From Hyphococcus sp. (lineage in GTDB: Bacteria; Pseudomonadota; Alphaproteobacteria; Caulobacterales; Parvularculaceae): 64,000 nt of DNA. The position numbers were made by a program, and so were the translations under genes. Shown in pieces: positions 46,102 through 56,371 of the stretch (the first letter of the stretch is position 1; each line of letters begins with the position of its first letter). The notes below the pieces were generated by a model that ran no database searches, was not told the DNA's origin, and worked only from the letters and a program-made list of their open reading frames with translations. The stretch spans positions 2,322,627 through 2,386,626 of the forward strand of contig OZ253943.1 in assembly GCA_965267325.1 (NCBI GenBank), in the 5' to 3' direction.

Positions 46102-47082
46102 CGTTGACGCCGAGGTTTCCGGATAGCGCGCGCCGGCGACAGCCTCCGGCGGCACAGCCCGTTCGATCGCTGTAATTTCATCTGCTGACAGACTAATACT
46201 CAGTGCACCGACATTCTCTTCAAGCCGTGAGACTTTCTTCGTTCCCGGGATGGGGATGATGTCGTCGCCTTTCGCCAGCACCCAGGCGAGCGCGATTTGC
46301 GCAAGGCTCGCCCCTTTTGCATCAGCGATTTCTTTTAGCTGATCCACCAGCGTCAGGTTTTTCTCAAGCGCGCCATCCGCAAAGCGCGGGTTCATAACGA
46401 GGCGATAGTCTTGGCCGCCGAAATCCTTCGCCTCACGAAAAGCGCCAGTCAACAAGCCGCGGCCGAGCGGGGAATAGGCAACAAGCGCTGCGCCGGTTTC
46501 GCGACAGGCGGGAATGGCTTCGGCCTCCATATCGCGCGTGACGATCGAATATTCTGACTGCAACGCGGCGATCGGATGGACTGCGTTGGCTGCTTTCAGT
46601 GTTTCGGCGCTCACTTCGGAGAGCCCAAGGGCGCGGACTTTTCCTTCCTTCACGAGATCGGCCATGGCGCCGACAGACTCTTCGACAGGAACGGTCCGGT
46701 CGCGGCGGTGCATGTAGTAAAGATCGATAACGTCAATGCCGAGCCGTTTCAGCGAAGCCTCGCATGCCTCTTTGATGTATTTCGGATCGTTGGACAGGCC
46801 GGCCCAACCGCCGTCGCCATCGCGCATGATGGCGAACTTGGTGGCGAGTACGATGTCATCGCGTCGGCGTTTGAGAAAACCCGAAAGCTGTTCTTCGTTT
46901 CGCCCGGAACCGTACATATCAGCGGTGTCAAAGAAATTGACGCCACACTCAAGCGCCGCATCAAGCACTGTTTCCGCTTCGGCATTTGACAGGGCGTCGC
47001 CGTAAAACTCAGCAAGTCCCATGCATCCAAATCCTAAACGCGACACTTCAAGACCCGACCGGCCGAGGGCAACCTTGCGCAT
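46090..47082 (-). CDS. Aldo/keto reductase
   Basis: GFGCMG, DTADMYG, LATKF, IDLYYMHR, LQSEYS and IPIPGTK motifs. Confidence 0.95.
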   Translation of the reverse strand: MRKVALGRSGLEVSRLGFGCMGLAEFYGDALSNAEAETVLDAALECGVNFFDTADMYGSGRNEEQLSGFLKRRRDDIVLATKFAIMRDGDGGWAGLSNDPKYIKEACEASLKRLGIDVIDLYYMHRRDRTVPVEESVGAMADLVKEGKVRALGLSEVSAETLKAANAVHPIAALQSEYSIVTRDMEAEAIPACRETGAALVAYSPLGRGLLTGAFREAKDFGGQDYRLVMNPRFADGALEKNLTLVDQLKEIADAKGASLAQIALAWVLAKGDDIIPIPGTKKVSRLEENVGALSISLSADEITAIERAVPPEAVAGARYPETSASTLNA

Positions 47083-47165
47083 TTGCGACTCCTAGTTTTT
47101 TGAGATCGGGCCGTTATGCGGACAAAACACTGTGGCGCCAATTCTTGAAATCTTAATTTTCGTTC

Positions 47166-47771
47166 TTATGTGTGCGCCTCAACAAATTCTTCCCGCAATC
47201 TATAACGACCCGTCATCGGCCAGTTGAAAAGCACATCCTCGTGCTTCGGCCCGGCCCCGATATTGTGAACGATCATGGGCGCGCCTGAAGCTCCGATTTC
47301 GCTTGTCACGACGCCAATATGGGGAAGCCAGCCGCCGCGCGTTCCTTTGAGGTTCCAGGCGACAATGTCGCCCGGCTGAAAGTCAGCCGGATCATCGCTC
47401 GGCGGCAGTCGCAAATTATTCCGAACAAAGAACTTCTCCAGATTAGGAACCCGGCGATGATCGATATTGGGATCCGGGCGCGACAAACCCCAGTGTTCTG
47501 GATAAGAACCGAACGCCGCTTTCATGTCCTCATGCACAAGCTTTTGCAGATCAAGACCGATGGCGCGCATGGACCGAACGACAACGTCGGAACAAACCCC
47601 GCGGTCCGGCGCAACATCGCCCATCGGATAAGCTATCGGCGTATAGGCCGCATCATAAACGACCCGGTATTGCGTACGCTCGATCGCTGCGGTGGAAAGT
47701 TTTTCACCCCAGCTTTCCGCATGGGCAGACGTCGCAAGCGCCGCGACAACCATCACAATTAATATTCTCAT
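47166..47771 (-). CDS. DUF1287 (YijF-like) secreted protein
   Basis: YPMGDV-x-x-DRGVCSDVVVR, NIDHRRVPNL and PGDIV-x-W...HIG...VHNIG-x-G motifs. Confidence 0.9.
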   Translation of the reverse strand: MRILIVMVVAALATSAHAESWGEKLSTAAIERTQYRVVYDAAYTPIAYPMGDVAPDRGVCSDVVVRSMRAIGLDLQKLVHEDMKAAFGSYPEHWGLSRPDPNIDHRRVPNLEKFFVRNNLRLPPSDDPADFQPGDIVAWNLKGTRGGWLPHIGVVTSEIGASGAPMIVHNIGAGPKHEDVLFNWPMTGRYRLREEFVEAHT

Positions 47772-47893
47772 GGCCGAATTGTTGCGGACAAATCCGGCGG
47801 CATTACGGCGCGCCCCTCGCAATCGTGATCAATCGTGCGTTGGCGGACCGTCCCGGCCAGCTATACCGTCCCACGCTTCAGACGGAGGGCAAT

Positions 47894-48319
47894 ATGAAAC
47901 CTGCATTGATGTTGGCGCTGCGCGCGTCGACCGGATTACTGCTGATTGTATGGGGATCGATCCGGGCCTTTGCGCCGGAAAAAGGCGTTGGCCTCGCCGA
48001 CAAATATTACGGCGGCGCGTTGAACGCCGAGACCATTCAACTGGCCTTCGGCTGGGGCGAAATCGTGCTCGGCGCTTTCGTCATTCTCGGGCTGTTTCGA
48101 ACGATCGCCTATCCCCTTCAGGCGCTCATTCTTGTCGGCGGCGTGTTTCCCATCTGGAAGCATATCCTCGATCCGCGCAGTCTTTATCTTTGGGCTCCGG
48201 ACGAACGCGCCAATGTCCTGTTTTTCCCGTCGACAACAGTCGCGGTCGCAACCCTCATTATACTCGCCTTTCGGGAATACGATACGCTGAGCCTTGACCG
48301 AGTGCTGAGGCGCGGCTGA
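47894..48319 (+). CDS. DoxX-like membrane protein
   Basis: LR-x-S-x-G-x-x-L-x-x-WG and G-x-x-EIVLG-x-x-VILGLF motifs; RBS GGAGG. Confidence 0.7.
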   Translation: MKPALMLALRASTGLLLIVWGSIRAFAPEKGVGLADKYYGGALNAETIQLAFGWGEIVLGAFVILGLFRTIAYPLQALILVGGVFPIWKHILDPRSLYLWAPDERANVLFFPSTTVAVATLIILAFREYDTLSLDRVLRRG

Positions 48320-48409
48320 GCTTTGCGCTGAATTGAGGGCGGATTTCGGCGAAACGATGCTGAAATAGGGGGCTCGCGCGCCTATATCTTCCTTTGGAAG
48401 GAGGCGCCC

Positions 48410-48880
48410 ATGTATCCCGATCACCCCCTCGCTGATGAACGCGGCCTTTCGCCTATTGCGTTCATCCTCAATATTTTCTGGCTGCTTCTCGGCGGCGCCC
48501 TCGCAGCGCTCGGCTGGTTTGTCGCCGCCCTGATCATGGTCATCACCATCATCGGCATTCCCTGGGCGCGGGCCGCCTTCGACAACGGCGTCTACACGCT
48601 CTGGCCTTTCGGCGCAAAGCCCATAGCCCGGGACCGTCTTTATGGGGAGGATATCGGCACCGGACCGCTCGGATTTCTCGGCAACATTATCTGGTTTTTC
48701 CTCGCCGGATGGTGGCTGGCCCTCGGCCATCTCTTCGCCGCGATCGGTCTTGCGATCACTATCATCGGGCTGCCATTCGCCTGGGCCCATTTGAAACTTG
48801 CCGGCTTCGCCCTTTGGCCCATCGGGCGGACCATCGTCGCCAGCAATGTGCGTCCGGGCTATTATCGGCGGGCTTACTAG
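48410..48880 (+). CDS. YccF-domain inner membrane protein
   Basis: Two repeats of N-x-x-W...ITIIG-x-P-x-A...WP-x-G. Confidence 0.92.
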   Translation: MYPDHPLADERGLSPIAFILNIFWLLLGGALAALGWFVAALIMVITIIGIPWARAAFDNGVYTLWPFGAKPIARDRLYGEDIGTGPLGFLGNIIWFFLAGWWLALGHLFAAIGLAITIIGLPFAWAHLKLAGFALWPIGRTIVASNVRPGYYRRAY

Positions 48881-49045
48881 CCTCCGGCGCCAGTTTCAAA
48901 CGCCGACCTTTGGACGTTGCACCCTCGCCGCGGTCCAACCTGACAAAATCGATCACCTCGCTTCGTTGATGTTGTCGTCTATGCTCCGTAAAGAGAAGAG
49001 TACGAGACGCATACGAACAACAATGAACGGAACGGGAAAACGCAA

Positions 49046-49600
49046 ATGGATCGATTTTCGTTCGTTATGGTCTTGCTTTCCATCATCGTCGGTCTCGGCG
49101 TTACCGAGCTATTGACGAATGTTGCGCGTCAAATTCAGGGTGGAAAGAAAAATCGTTTCTATTGGGTGCATTCCCTACTTGTTGCTTTGGTTTTCATCGC
49201 ATTGTTGCAACAATGGTGGGAAAGCTGGGACCAGCGTCATGTGGAGACCTGGACATTTCCAATTCTCCTGTTGATGCTCGGCGGCCCGATAGGGTTGTAC
49301 ATCATCTCCCATCTTCTGTTTCCAAATGAATTTGACGGGATCGATTTTAAGGCATTTTATTTTCAAAATCCGAAAGTGACATATTTGATCGCGGCCGCGA
49401 CGGTCGTGTTTGCTACAGCATACAGGCCGTTAAGCTTTGGCGACCGTGTCATCGACCCCGACAACGTGGCGTCTGTCGCGATATTTTTTGCTTTCTTGGT
49501 GTTGGCGGGAACCCGTCGGCAAATTGTTCACGAAATTCTGGTGCCACTGTTGTTCACAGCAATCGTGTTCGATGTGCTGTTCTTTCATTTAAGCATTTGA
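49046..49600 (+). CDS. Hypothetical multi-TM protein
   Basis: F-x-FV-x-VLLSIIVGLGVT-x-LL and QQWW motifs; about 6 TM helices; AT-richer. Confidence 0.78.
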   Translation: MDRFSFVMVLLSIIVGLGVTELLTNVARQIQGGKKNRFYWVHSLLVALVFIALLQQWWESWDQRHVETWTFPILLLMLGGPIGLYIISHLLFPNEFDGIDFKAFYFQNPKVTYLIAAATVVFATAYRPLSFGDRVIDPDNVASVAIFFAFLVLAGTRRQIVHEILVPLLFTAIVFDVLFFHLSI

Positions 49601-49616
49601 CTCAGTCAGCCCGCGC

Positions 49617-51152
49617 CTACTCCATAGTCAGCACCGCCGCATAAGCCTCGATCCCGTAAAGGAGATTGCCGAGGCGGATATTCTCATCGGCCGAATGCTG
49701 ATTATTATCGAAATTGGCGATGGGCAGAATGACAATCGGCGCGTCAGAAATATCCTCGAAGATATAGATCGGCAGCGTACCGCCCAAGCTCGGATTCAAG
49801 ATGAGTTCTTCACCCCCTGCTTGACGCAGCGCCCGCGCCAGTTCCGCCATTCCCGGCGCATCCATTGACGTCCGCACGGCGCGATAACCGTTCTCGCGTG
49901 TGATCTTCGCAATCAGCGCATGAGCCTGGCGGGTCTCAGCATCCGGATCCTCACGCACGATGTGATACCCCTGTGCTGCAATATGGTTTTCAACGAGGGC
50001 CTGCATCGCCTCCGGATCGTTGCCTTTGACAAGACGAATGCCGATTGACGCGGTCGCGCGCGGCGGAATTGAATTGCGCGCCGCCGCGCCCACTTCGGCG
50101 CTTTTGAGCCCTTTAAGATTGAGCGCCGGCAGCATGATGCGTTCAGCCAGAGGCGCGTTTTCTGCTTCCGTCGCCGCCAGGCCGAATTCGGCGCGCAAAT
50201 CGTCGTCCACAGCCGGCATGTTGGCGAGCGCTGCGTAGTCTGCAACGCTAAGCTCCTCGATCGAATCGTAAAAGCCATCGACCAGAACGCGCCCGTCATC
50301 GTCTTTCATGGACGCAAGGAGCCGCGACAGACGCCAGCCTGGCCCCGGCGCCCAGTTGCCATAGTGGCCCGAATGAAGCCCTCGATTGGGACCATAGACC
50401 GTGACTTCGAGACCGGTGACGCCGCGGACGCCAAACACAAGCTGCGGCTGGCCCGACTGGTGTGTTGGCCCATCGCAGAACAGCCAGAGATCAACGTCTT
50501 TGAACTTCTTTTTGTGTTTTAAAAGATAATCGTCGAGATGATCAGAGCCCCGCTCCTCTTCGCCATCAAAAACAAGAACGATGTTTGACGTCTGTTTGAT
50601 GTTTGCATCCTCCAGCGCGTCGAGTGCAGCGAGGAGCGCAGAAATCGGCGCCTTGTCGTCCGCCGCCGAGCGCGCATAGAGGCGCCATTCCGGGTCGATT
50701 GCCGTTCCGTCGGCGGGAAGGTCGATGCGGCGTCCGTCATTTTTGATAGCAGCGGAATAGAGCGTCGGCTCAAAAGGCGGGTTCGTCCAGTTCGCCTCTT
50801 CCACCGGCTGACCGTCATAATGAACATAGATAGCGATGGTTCTTTTTGCGCCCCTGATATCGCGGCGCCCGTAAATCAGCGGCGGCGCATTTTCGTGACG
50901 CAACAACTCCATGCGAAAGCCGCGGTCGGCAAACTGCGCCGCGATCGCCGTCGCGTTGGCGTTGATGTTTTCCGTATCCGCCGCATCATTGGGGAGACTT
51001 AAAAGATCTGCAAACTCGCGCACTATCCGCGCGCCGTGTTCTTGATGATAGGCCCGTGCGGCGTCGACGGCGTGTTCCGATCCGGCGCCCGCCGGACCGA
51101 TAAATGCACCATATACGGCTAGAAGGGCGACGACTTTTTTCAATCTTGTCAC
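49617..51152 (-). CDS. Secreted M20/M25/M40 metallopeptidase
   Basis: GTG start with GGGGAG RBS and signal peptide; HYDGQP, RSAADDKAP, DGEEE and LHSGHYG motifs; NQHSADEN. Confidence 0.9.
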   Translation of the reverse strand: MTRLKKVVALLAVYGAFIGPAGAGSEHAVDAARAYHQEHGARIVREFADLLSLPNDAADTENINANATAIAAQFADRGFRMELLRHENAPPLIYGRRDIRGAKRTIAIYVHYDGQPVEEANWTNPPFEPTLYSAAIKNDGRRIDLPADGTAIDPEWRLYARSAADDKAPISALLAALDALEDANIKQTSNIVLVFDGEEERGSDHLDDYLLKHKKKFKDVDLWLFCDGPTHQSGQPQLVFGVRGVTGLEVTVYGPNRGLHSGHYGNWAPGPGWRLSRLLASMKDDDGRVLVDGFYDSIEELSVADYAALANMPAVDDDLRAEFGLAATEAENAPLAERIMLPALNLKGLKSAEVGAAARNSIPPRATASIGIRLVKGNDPEAMQALVENHIAAQGYHIVREDPDAETRQAHALIAKITRENGYRAVRTSMDAPGMAELARALRQAGGEELILNPSLGGTLPIYIFEDISDAPIVILPIANFDNNQHSADENIRLGNLLYGIEAYAAVLTME

Positions 51153-51176
51153 GACTGTGCTCCCCTGCACTGCAAG

Positions 51177-51206
51177 AAAAAACCGGGCGTTCTCGTGAAC
51201 GCCCGG
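51177..51206 (-). terminator. Rho-independent terminator after the 51236-51802 gene
   Basis: Minus strand CCGGGCGTTC-ACGA-GAACGCCCGG-TTTTTT. Confidence 0.85.
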
Positions 51207-51235
51207 CCAATCCATAGCTGAAAAATCGCGCGCCG

Positions 51236-51802
51236 TCAGGACGGCGTTTCAGTTTCCATATAAGCGTCGAGTTCATCGCTGACTTTTTCCGCCACTTCGC
51301 GGTCTTCAGCCGGCGCGTTTTTGACGGTTTCCATCATGGCGAAGGTATTTGCGAGGCGCGCCTGCATTTCCGGCGGCATCATGTCGATCATTGACCGGTC
51401 CATGTTTTCCATCATCGTCATGGTGCGCGGGTCTTCTTTCTGCATCTTGTTCGCCAGATGCGCGATGATCAGCCGGTCGCCGATATCGCCCCACTGTTTG
51501 GCGGAAAAGCCATAGGGTCTCACCGCATTTGCAAGGCGCGCATGATCGGCGGGAAAATCTTTTTTGAGCGCAGCGACTGCATTTGAATATGGCTTGAAAG
51601 GCTCGCCCGCCTTCGGCTGGGTCGCAATCCGCATATGTTCGGATTTCCCCTCGTCATCCATTTCTTTTTTCAATTCATCAAGGGCGGGCAGCGTTTTGAC
51701 AAAACGTTTCGCCTGATCCTCCGTTAGCGGAGCGTCTCCGGCCGAGGCGGCTCCGAATGTGAAAAGAAATACGGCGAAAGCCGCGACAATGGTTTTTATC
51801 AT
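51236..51802 (-). CDS. Secreted all-helical hypothetical protein with a Met-rich patch
   Basis: Signal peptide MIKTIVAAFAVFLFTFGAASA; MTMMENMDRSMIDMMPPEM. Confidence 0.8.
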   Translation of the reverse strand: MIKTIVAAFAVFLFTFGAASAGDAPLTEDQAKRFVKTLPALDELKKEMDDEGKSEHMRIATQPKAGEPFKPYSNAVAALKKDFPADHARLANAVRPYGFSAKQWGDIGDRLIIAHLANKMQKEDPRTMTMMENMDRSMIDMMPPEMQARLANTFAMMETVKNAPAEDREVAEKVSDELDAYMETETPS

Positions 51803-51925
51803 GAATGGGTCTCCCTACCCGGTTGAAAACTGGAATTCGTGCATGCCCATTTTACCTGCAGCGTTTGCGCGGCGAAAGCCGCAGACCCGCCTTGATGTAT
51901 GAAATTCACGTCATGCAAGCAGCGC

Positions 51926-52348
51926 CTAGTCCAGCGTGGGGCGCCGGCGCATGGACTTCGTTTCACTGCGTTTTTTCTTGTTTTCCAGTCGTCGGGTCTT
52001 TTGCGAGCGCGGCACGCCGGTTTTGCGACGCGGCTTCGGCGGCGTCGCCGCCCGTTCAATCAACGCGGCGAGTCGCGCCCGCGCGTCGGCGCGATTTTTC
52101 TCCTGATCGCGAAAGCGTTTGGCCTCGATAATCAGAATTCCATCCTTGGTCATGCGGCGGCCGGCGATGGATTTCAGCCGCGCTTTCACCGCTTGCGGCA
52201 ACGACGGCGAACTTACGACGTCAAACTTTAGCTGCACCGCGCTCGCGACCTTGTTGACGTTCTGCCCGCCGGGTCCCGAAGCGCGGATAAAGCTCTCGCT
52301 GAGTTCCCATTCAGGGATCGTGATCGAAGGAGGGATCTGAAGAGTCAT
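51926..52348 (-). CDS. arfB: Alternative ribosome rescue factor / peptidyl-tRNA hydrolase ArfB
   Basis: RASGPGGQNVNKV (GGQ motif) and basic C-tail RRLENKKKRSETK. Confidence 0.95.
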   Translation of the reverse strand: MTLQIPPSITIPEWELSESFIRASGPGGQNVNKVASAVQLKFDVVSSPSLPQAVKARLKSIAGRRMTKDGILIIEAKRFRDQEKNRADARARLAALIERAATPPKPRRKTGVPRSQKTRRLENKKKRSETKSMRRRPTLD

Positions 52349-52443
52349 CGATTCGACGCAATAACGGGATTCCCCCTATGAACCCATTTGCCGTTTCGAG
52401 CGACTATAGAAAACCAAATAGTTTCGCCCATAGGAGGGCGCAC

Positions 52444-53292
52444 ATGATCCATGTTGACGACGTCAGCTTCGCCTATCGCGGCGATAAGCCGGCGATCTCA
52501 AATCTTCGGTTCACGATCGAAAAGGGCGAGATCTTTGGCTTCTTAGGCCCAAGCGCTGCCGGCAAAACAACAACGCAAAAAATTCTGCTGCGGCTGTTGC
52601 GAGGCTATCAGGGATCCATCGAGGTCATGGGCAAACCGCTCCAGAAATGGGGACGGGACTACTTTCAGAAAGTGGGCGTCAGTTTCGAGTTTCCCAGCCA
52701 CTATGCAAAGCTGACAGCGCTTGAGAATCTGACGCTTTTTGCCGCTTTCTATTCGGGTCGGACCGCAGACCCCGCGTCACTACTCGACGAGGTTGGCTTG
52801 AGCGATGCTGCAAACAAACGCGTTGAACAGTTTTCAAAAGGCATGCGAATCCGGCTTAACGTTGCGCGCGCGTTGCTCAACTATCCTGACCTTTTGTTTC
52901 TCGACGAGCCGACGGCGGGGCTCGACCCTGCAAACGCAAGGCGTATTGGAAACCTCATCTCCAGACGGCGCGAGGCGGGCGCGACCGTCTTTCTGACAAC
53001 CCACGACATGGGGATCGCCGAAGCGCTTTGCGATCGAGTGGGGTTGCTTGTCGACGGCAAGCTCGCCGCACTCGATTCCCCGCGCGCGCTGCGTCTTGCG
53101 CATAGCCGCCGCGCCGTGGAAGTAACTTACGTCAAAGACAACATGCGCGGCGCTGAAACCTTCGCGCTCGACGGACTGTCTGAAAACCAGCAGTTCGCGG
53201 GACTTTTACGAGAGGCGCATATCGAAACCATTCATACGCTCGAACCGACGCTCGATGACGTATTCATCAAACTCGCGGGCCGTGCGTCATGA
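52444..53292 (+). CDS. ABC-2 exporter ATPase (Rv2688c-like)
   Basis: Walker A GPSAAGKTT, signature FSKGM, Walker B LFLDEPT, H-loop LTTHDM; VGVSFEFP-x-HY-x-KLT. Confidence 0.92.
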   Translation: MIHVDDVSFAYRGDKPAISNLRFTIEKGEIFGFLGPSAAGKTTTQKILLRLLRGYQGSIEVMGKPLQKWGRDYFQKVGVSFEFPSHYAKLTALENLTLFAAFYSGRTADPASLLDEVGLSDAANKRVEQFSKGMRIRLNVARALLNYPDLLFLDEPTAGLDPANARRIGNLISRRREAGATVFLTTHDMGIAEALCDRVGLLVDGKLAALDSPRALRLAHSRRAVEVTYVKDNMRGAETFALDGLSENQQFAGLLREAHIETIHTLEPTLDDVFIKLAGRAS

Positions 53293-53999
53293 AACCGTTC
53301 TTCGCCGCAATTACGAATGATCTGCGCCTCCTCTATCGGTCTGGCTACATTGCTGTTTCGGCGATTATCATCATCCTGTTTGTGTTTGGCGCATCTCACT
53401 TTTCCATCCCGCCCGCAGGTTTTGTAGCCGATTTCGCAGCGGCGCTTGTCATTCTTCTGGCTGTGATGTCGCCATTTCTGACGGTTGGGATCTTACTCCT
53501 CAGCGAACGCTCAGAGGGCGTGCTCATCAGCATGGCCGTCTCTCCCATCCCCCTTTGGCAATCCCTCCTGTCACGGACGATCGTGATTACAACATTCTCG
53601 ATCGCCGAAATGTTCATTTTGTTTTATGCCCTGTTTGGCGCCGGCGTCGATGCGGGGCTGCTCTTTGCAGGGCTGCTGTCACTGAGTTTGATATCCGCCC
53701 TCTTTGGCGTCTTCGCCGTCGCGCCCCATAGCGCTTTCTACGCGTATGTTTTGCCGATGGTCGGCTGGGTCTTGTTTTTAAGCGCGCCGGCTTTCGCCGT
53801 GTTTGTGAATCTCGATCCTTTATGGACCGCCTGGCATCCGATCACCCCGGCGCAACGCCTCCTCGCGGACGCATTTGGCGCGCAAGTCGGTGAGGCGCAC
53901 GGCCTTGGCGTTTTGGGAAGTCTTGTCTGGATAGCCATTGCCGGGCTCTTGGCGTCTCACGGACTTGAGCGCATGCAGCGCGCCGAAGGGGAGGCTTGA
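53289..53999 (+). CDS. ABC-2 permease (Rv2687c-like)
   Basis: ATGA overlap; LLLSERSEGVL-x-x-M-x-VSP motif; 6 TM helices. Confidence 0.85.
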   Translation: MKPFFAAITNDLRLLYRSGYIAVSAIIIILFVFGASHFSIPPAGFVADFAAALVILLAVMSPFLTVGILLLSERSEGVLISMAVSPIPLWQSLLSRTIVITTFSIAEMFILFYALFGAGVDAGLLFAGLLSLSLISALFGVFAVAPHSAFYAYVLPMVGWVLFLSAPAFAVFVNLDPLWTAWHPITPAQRLLADAFGAQVGEAHGLGVLGSLVWIAIAGLLASHGLERMQRAEGEA

Positions 54000-54002
54000 T
54001 CG

Positions 54003-54794
54003 ATGTCCCAAAATAGCTTCGCCATGCCCCGCTCATTCATCGGCGCCCTTATCGCCGCGGATATGCGCAACGTCGCGCGCAACCGGCTGCTGGCGCTTCT
54101 CGCGTTTATGCCGCTCATTGTCGCGCTCATCTATCGCTTCGTCATCCCCGATGAAGCCGCGCTCGCCGATATCGCCGGCGAGCGGATAGGTATTGAACTG
54201 GAAGCGATCCGACCCCTGATCGTTGCCGCGATTAACAATCTGCATGCGCTCTTGATGGCGATTTTCGTCGGCCTTAGCGCATCGATGATTGGAGCTGTCT
54301 ACGGCCTGCTGCTTGTGGAGGAACGCGAAGAGCGGTTGATGCCAAGCCTGCGCGTGATGCCTGTTAGTTTCGCTGCCTACATGATCGCGCGCATGGCGCT
54401 GCCGACCTTCGCCGCGATCATTGTAACGGCCGGCGCCTATCCCATTGCCGGGATGGCGCCCCTGCCGGCGCCGAAAGTACTCGCCATCGCCGCAGCCGGC
54501 GCGACGCTGGTTCCAGTCATAACGCTCGGCGTTGTCGCCTTTGCCCCGGGCCGCATTGCGGCTCTTGCGCTGGTGCGCATTTTCTCGCTGTTTGCAGTTC
54601 TGCCTGTCATTGCGTGGTTTATCAGCCCGCCGGCGGAATGGGTGTTCGCCCCCATCGGCGCCTATTGGCAGATGCGCGCCCTGTGGGCCGCCATGGCAGG
54701 CGAGCCCTTATGGCCGTATCTTTGCGTCGCTGTCGTTGTGAATGCCGCGTTGGCGACATTGTTTTATTGGCGATTTGAAAGAAGAGCGGAGTAG
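54003..54794 (+). CDS. ABC-2 permease (Rv2686c-like)
   Basis: LLLVEEREERL-x-x-SL-x-V-x-P and P-x-x-x-YW motifs; 6 TM helices. Confidence 0.85.
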   Translation: MSQNSFAMPRSFIGALIAADMRNVARNRLLALLAFMPLIVALIYRFVIPDEAALADIAGERIGIELEAIRPLIVAAINNLHALLMAIFVGLSASMIGAVYGLLLVEEREERLMPSLRVMPVSFAAYMIARMALPTFAAIIVTAGAYPIAGMAPLPAPKVLAIAAAGATLVPVITLGVVAFAPGRIAALALVRIFSLFAVLPVIAWFISPPAEWVFAPIGAYWQMRALWAAMAGEPLWPYLCVAVVVNAALATLFYWRFERRAE

Positions 54795-54797
54795 GGC

Positions 54798-55211
54798 ATG
54801 TCAATCAAAGAAAAACCGCTTATCGACGCCGTCGAGAAACTTGGGCCGCTACCCGGGTGGTTATTTTCCCATCCCGCGCTCGCCGGTTTTTTTGCGATTG
54901 TCATGTGCCCGATTTTTGGGGCGGTTTTTGTTTTCTTTTGGGCTCTTATCGGAAACCCTGATCCGGTCACATTGTTTAATGCAATGCGAACCGGCGGGAT
55001 CGTGACGACTTTTTTGGGGGCCTTTGTGATAGTGCTGATCACGATCAGCGGGTTTCGAGAGCCCGATGAAACTGCCAATCGCCTGCTGTTCGCGGCTGGA
55101 GGGGCCAGCGCATTGGCGTTGCTCATCGCGGTCGATTGGTTTTTCAAGGACGACGTTCGCGCATGGCTGGTCACCCGCGAAAAAATTTTTTGCCCATTGG
55201 GCATGTGTTAA
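54798..55211 (+). CDS. Hypothetical 3-TM protein
   Basis: 3 nt after the permease stop; hydrophobic. Confidence 0.75.
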   Translation: MSIKEKPLIDAVEKLGPLPGWLFSHPALAGFFAIVMCPIFGAVFVFFWALIGNPDPVTLFNAMRTGGIVTTFLGAFVIVLITISGFREPDETANRLLFAAGGASALALLIAVDWFFKDDVRAWLVTREKIFCPLGMC

Positions 55212-56359
55212 ACCGCCGCTTCCCGCCTCTTCTCACTCGCCCGTTTCTTCACACTGTCGGATTTGAGTTGCCCGCAAGCGGCGGCGATATCCCGGCCGCG
55301 CGGCGTGCGGATGGGCGAGGCGTAGCCGGCGCGATTGACGATGTCGGCAAAGGCTTCGATGCGCTCCCATGAGGAGCACTCGTAAGGCGCGCCGGGCCAG
55401 GGGTTCCACGGGATCAGATTGATCTTCGCCGGAATGCCTTTGAGAAGACGGACAAGTTCGCGCGCTTCAGCGTCAGTGTCGTTAACGCCCTTTAGCATCA
55501 CATACTCGAATGTAATGCGCCGGGAATTGGAAACATCCGGATAGTTCCGACACGCATCGAGAAGCTCCGCAAGCGGATATTTCCGGTTGATGGGCACCAA
55601 TTCGTCGCGCAGATCGTCATTGGTCGCATGCAAACTAATCGCCAACATCGCCGAGGTCGTCTCGCCGAGGCGCTTCATCTCCGGAACAACGCCGGAAGTG
55701 GAAACGGTCGTGCGCCGACGCGAGATTGAAATCCCGTCGCCGTCGGAAATCACATCGATAGCTTTGGCGACATTTTCCAAATTGTAGAGCGGCTCGCCCA
55801 TGCCCATGAAGACGATGTTCGACAAACGCCTGTCGTCGCCGCCGGAGGGCCATTCCTCCAAATCGTCTTTCACCGCGATCACCTGGCCGACGATTTCCGC
55901 CGCCGTCAGATTGCGCACAAGTTTTTGGGTTCCCGTATGACAGAAGGTGCAGTTGAGCGTGCAGCCGACCTGGCTCGAAACGCACAAGGCGCCCGCCCGC
56001 CCCACATCTGGAATGAAAACGCATTCGACCTCAACGCCGGGGGAGAGCTCGATGAGATATTTGCGCGTCCCGTCTTTTGAGACCTGCCGTTCAACCACAT
56101 TGAGACGGCGGATGGCGAAGCGCTCGGCAAGGTCGGCGCGCATTTCCTTCGCGATGTCGGTCATGGCGGCAAAATCGGTGAGCCCGTAATGATAAACCCA
56201 GCGCCATAGCTGGGTTGCGCGCATCCGCGCCTTTTTCTCATCAAGACCGAACGTATCCGCCAACGCCGCGCGCAGCTCCCCCCGGGTCATCCCGGCGAGA
56301 TTGATGCGGCCCGGCGCCGCCGGCCTGTCAAGATCGAGTTCAGCCATCGTCCGGGCCAT
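55208..56359 (-). CDS. rlmN: 23S rRNA m2A2503 / tRNA A37 methyltransferase (radical SAM)
   Basis: CVSSQVGC-x-x-x-C-x-FC, VFMGMGEP and RGRDI-x-AACGQL motifs. Confidence 0.97.
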   Translation of the reverse strand: MARTMAELDLDRPAAPGRINLAGMTRGELRAALADTFGLDEKKARMRATQLWRWVYHYGLTDFAAMTDIAKEMRADLAERFAIRRLNVVERQVSKDGTRKYLIELSPGVEVECVFIPDVGRAGALCVSSQVGCTLNCTFCHTGTQKLVRNLTAAEIVGQVIAVKDDLEEWPSGGDDRRLSNIVFMGMGEPLYNLENVAKAIDVISDGDGISISRRRTTVSTSGVVPEMKRLGETTSAMLAISLHATNDDLRDELVPINRKYPLAELLDACRNYPDVSNSRRITFEYVMLKGVNDTDAEARELVRLLKGIPAKINLIPWNPWPGAPYECSSWERIEAFADIVNRAGYASPIRTPRGRDIAAACGQLKSDSVKKRASEKRREAAV

Positions 56360-56371
56360 ATAGGCGGGCCG

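Noticed and set aside
47936-48790. 284-aa minus-strand ORF
   Set aside because: Overlaps the DoxX-like and YccF genes on the opposite strand; no recognisable features
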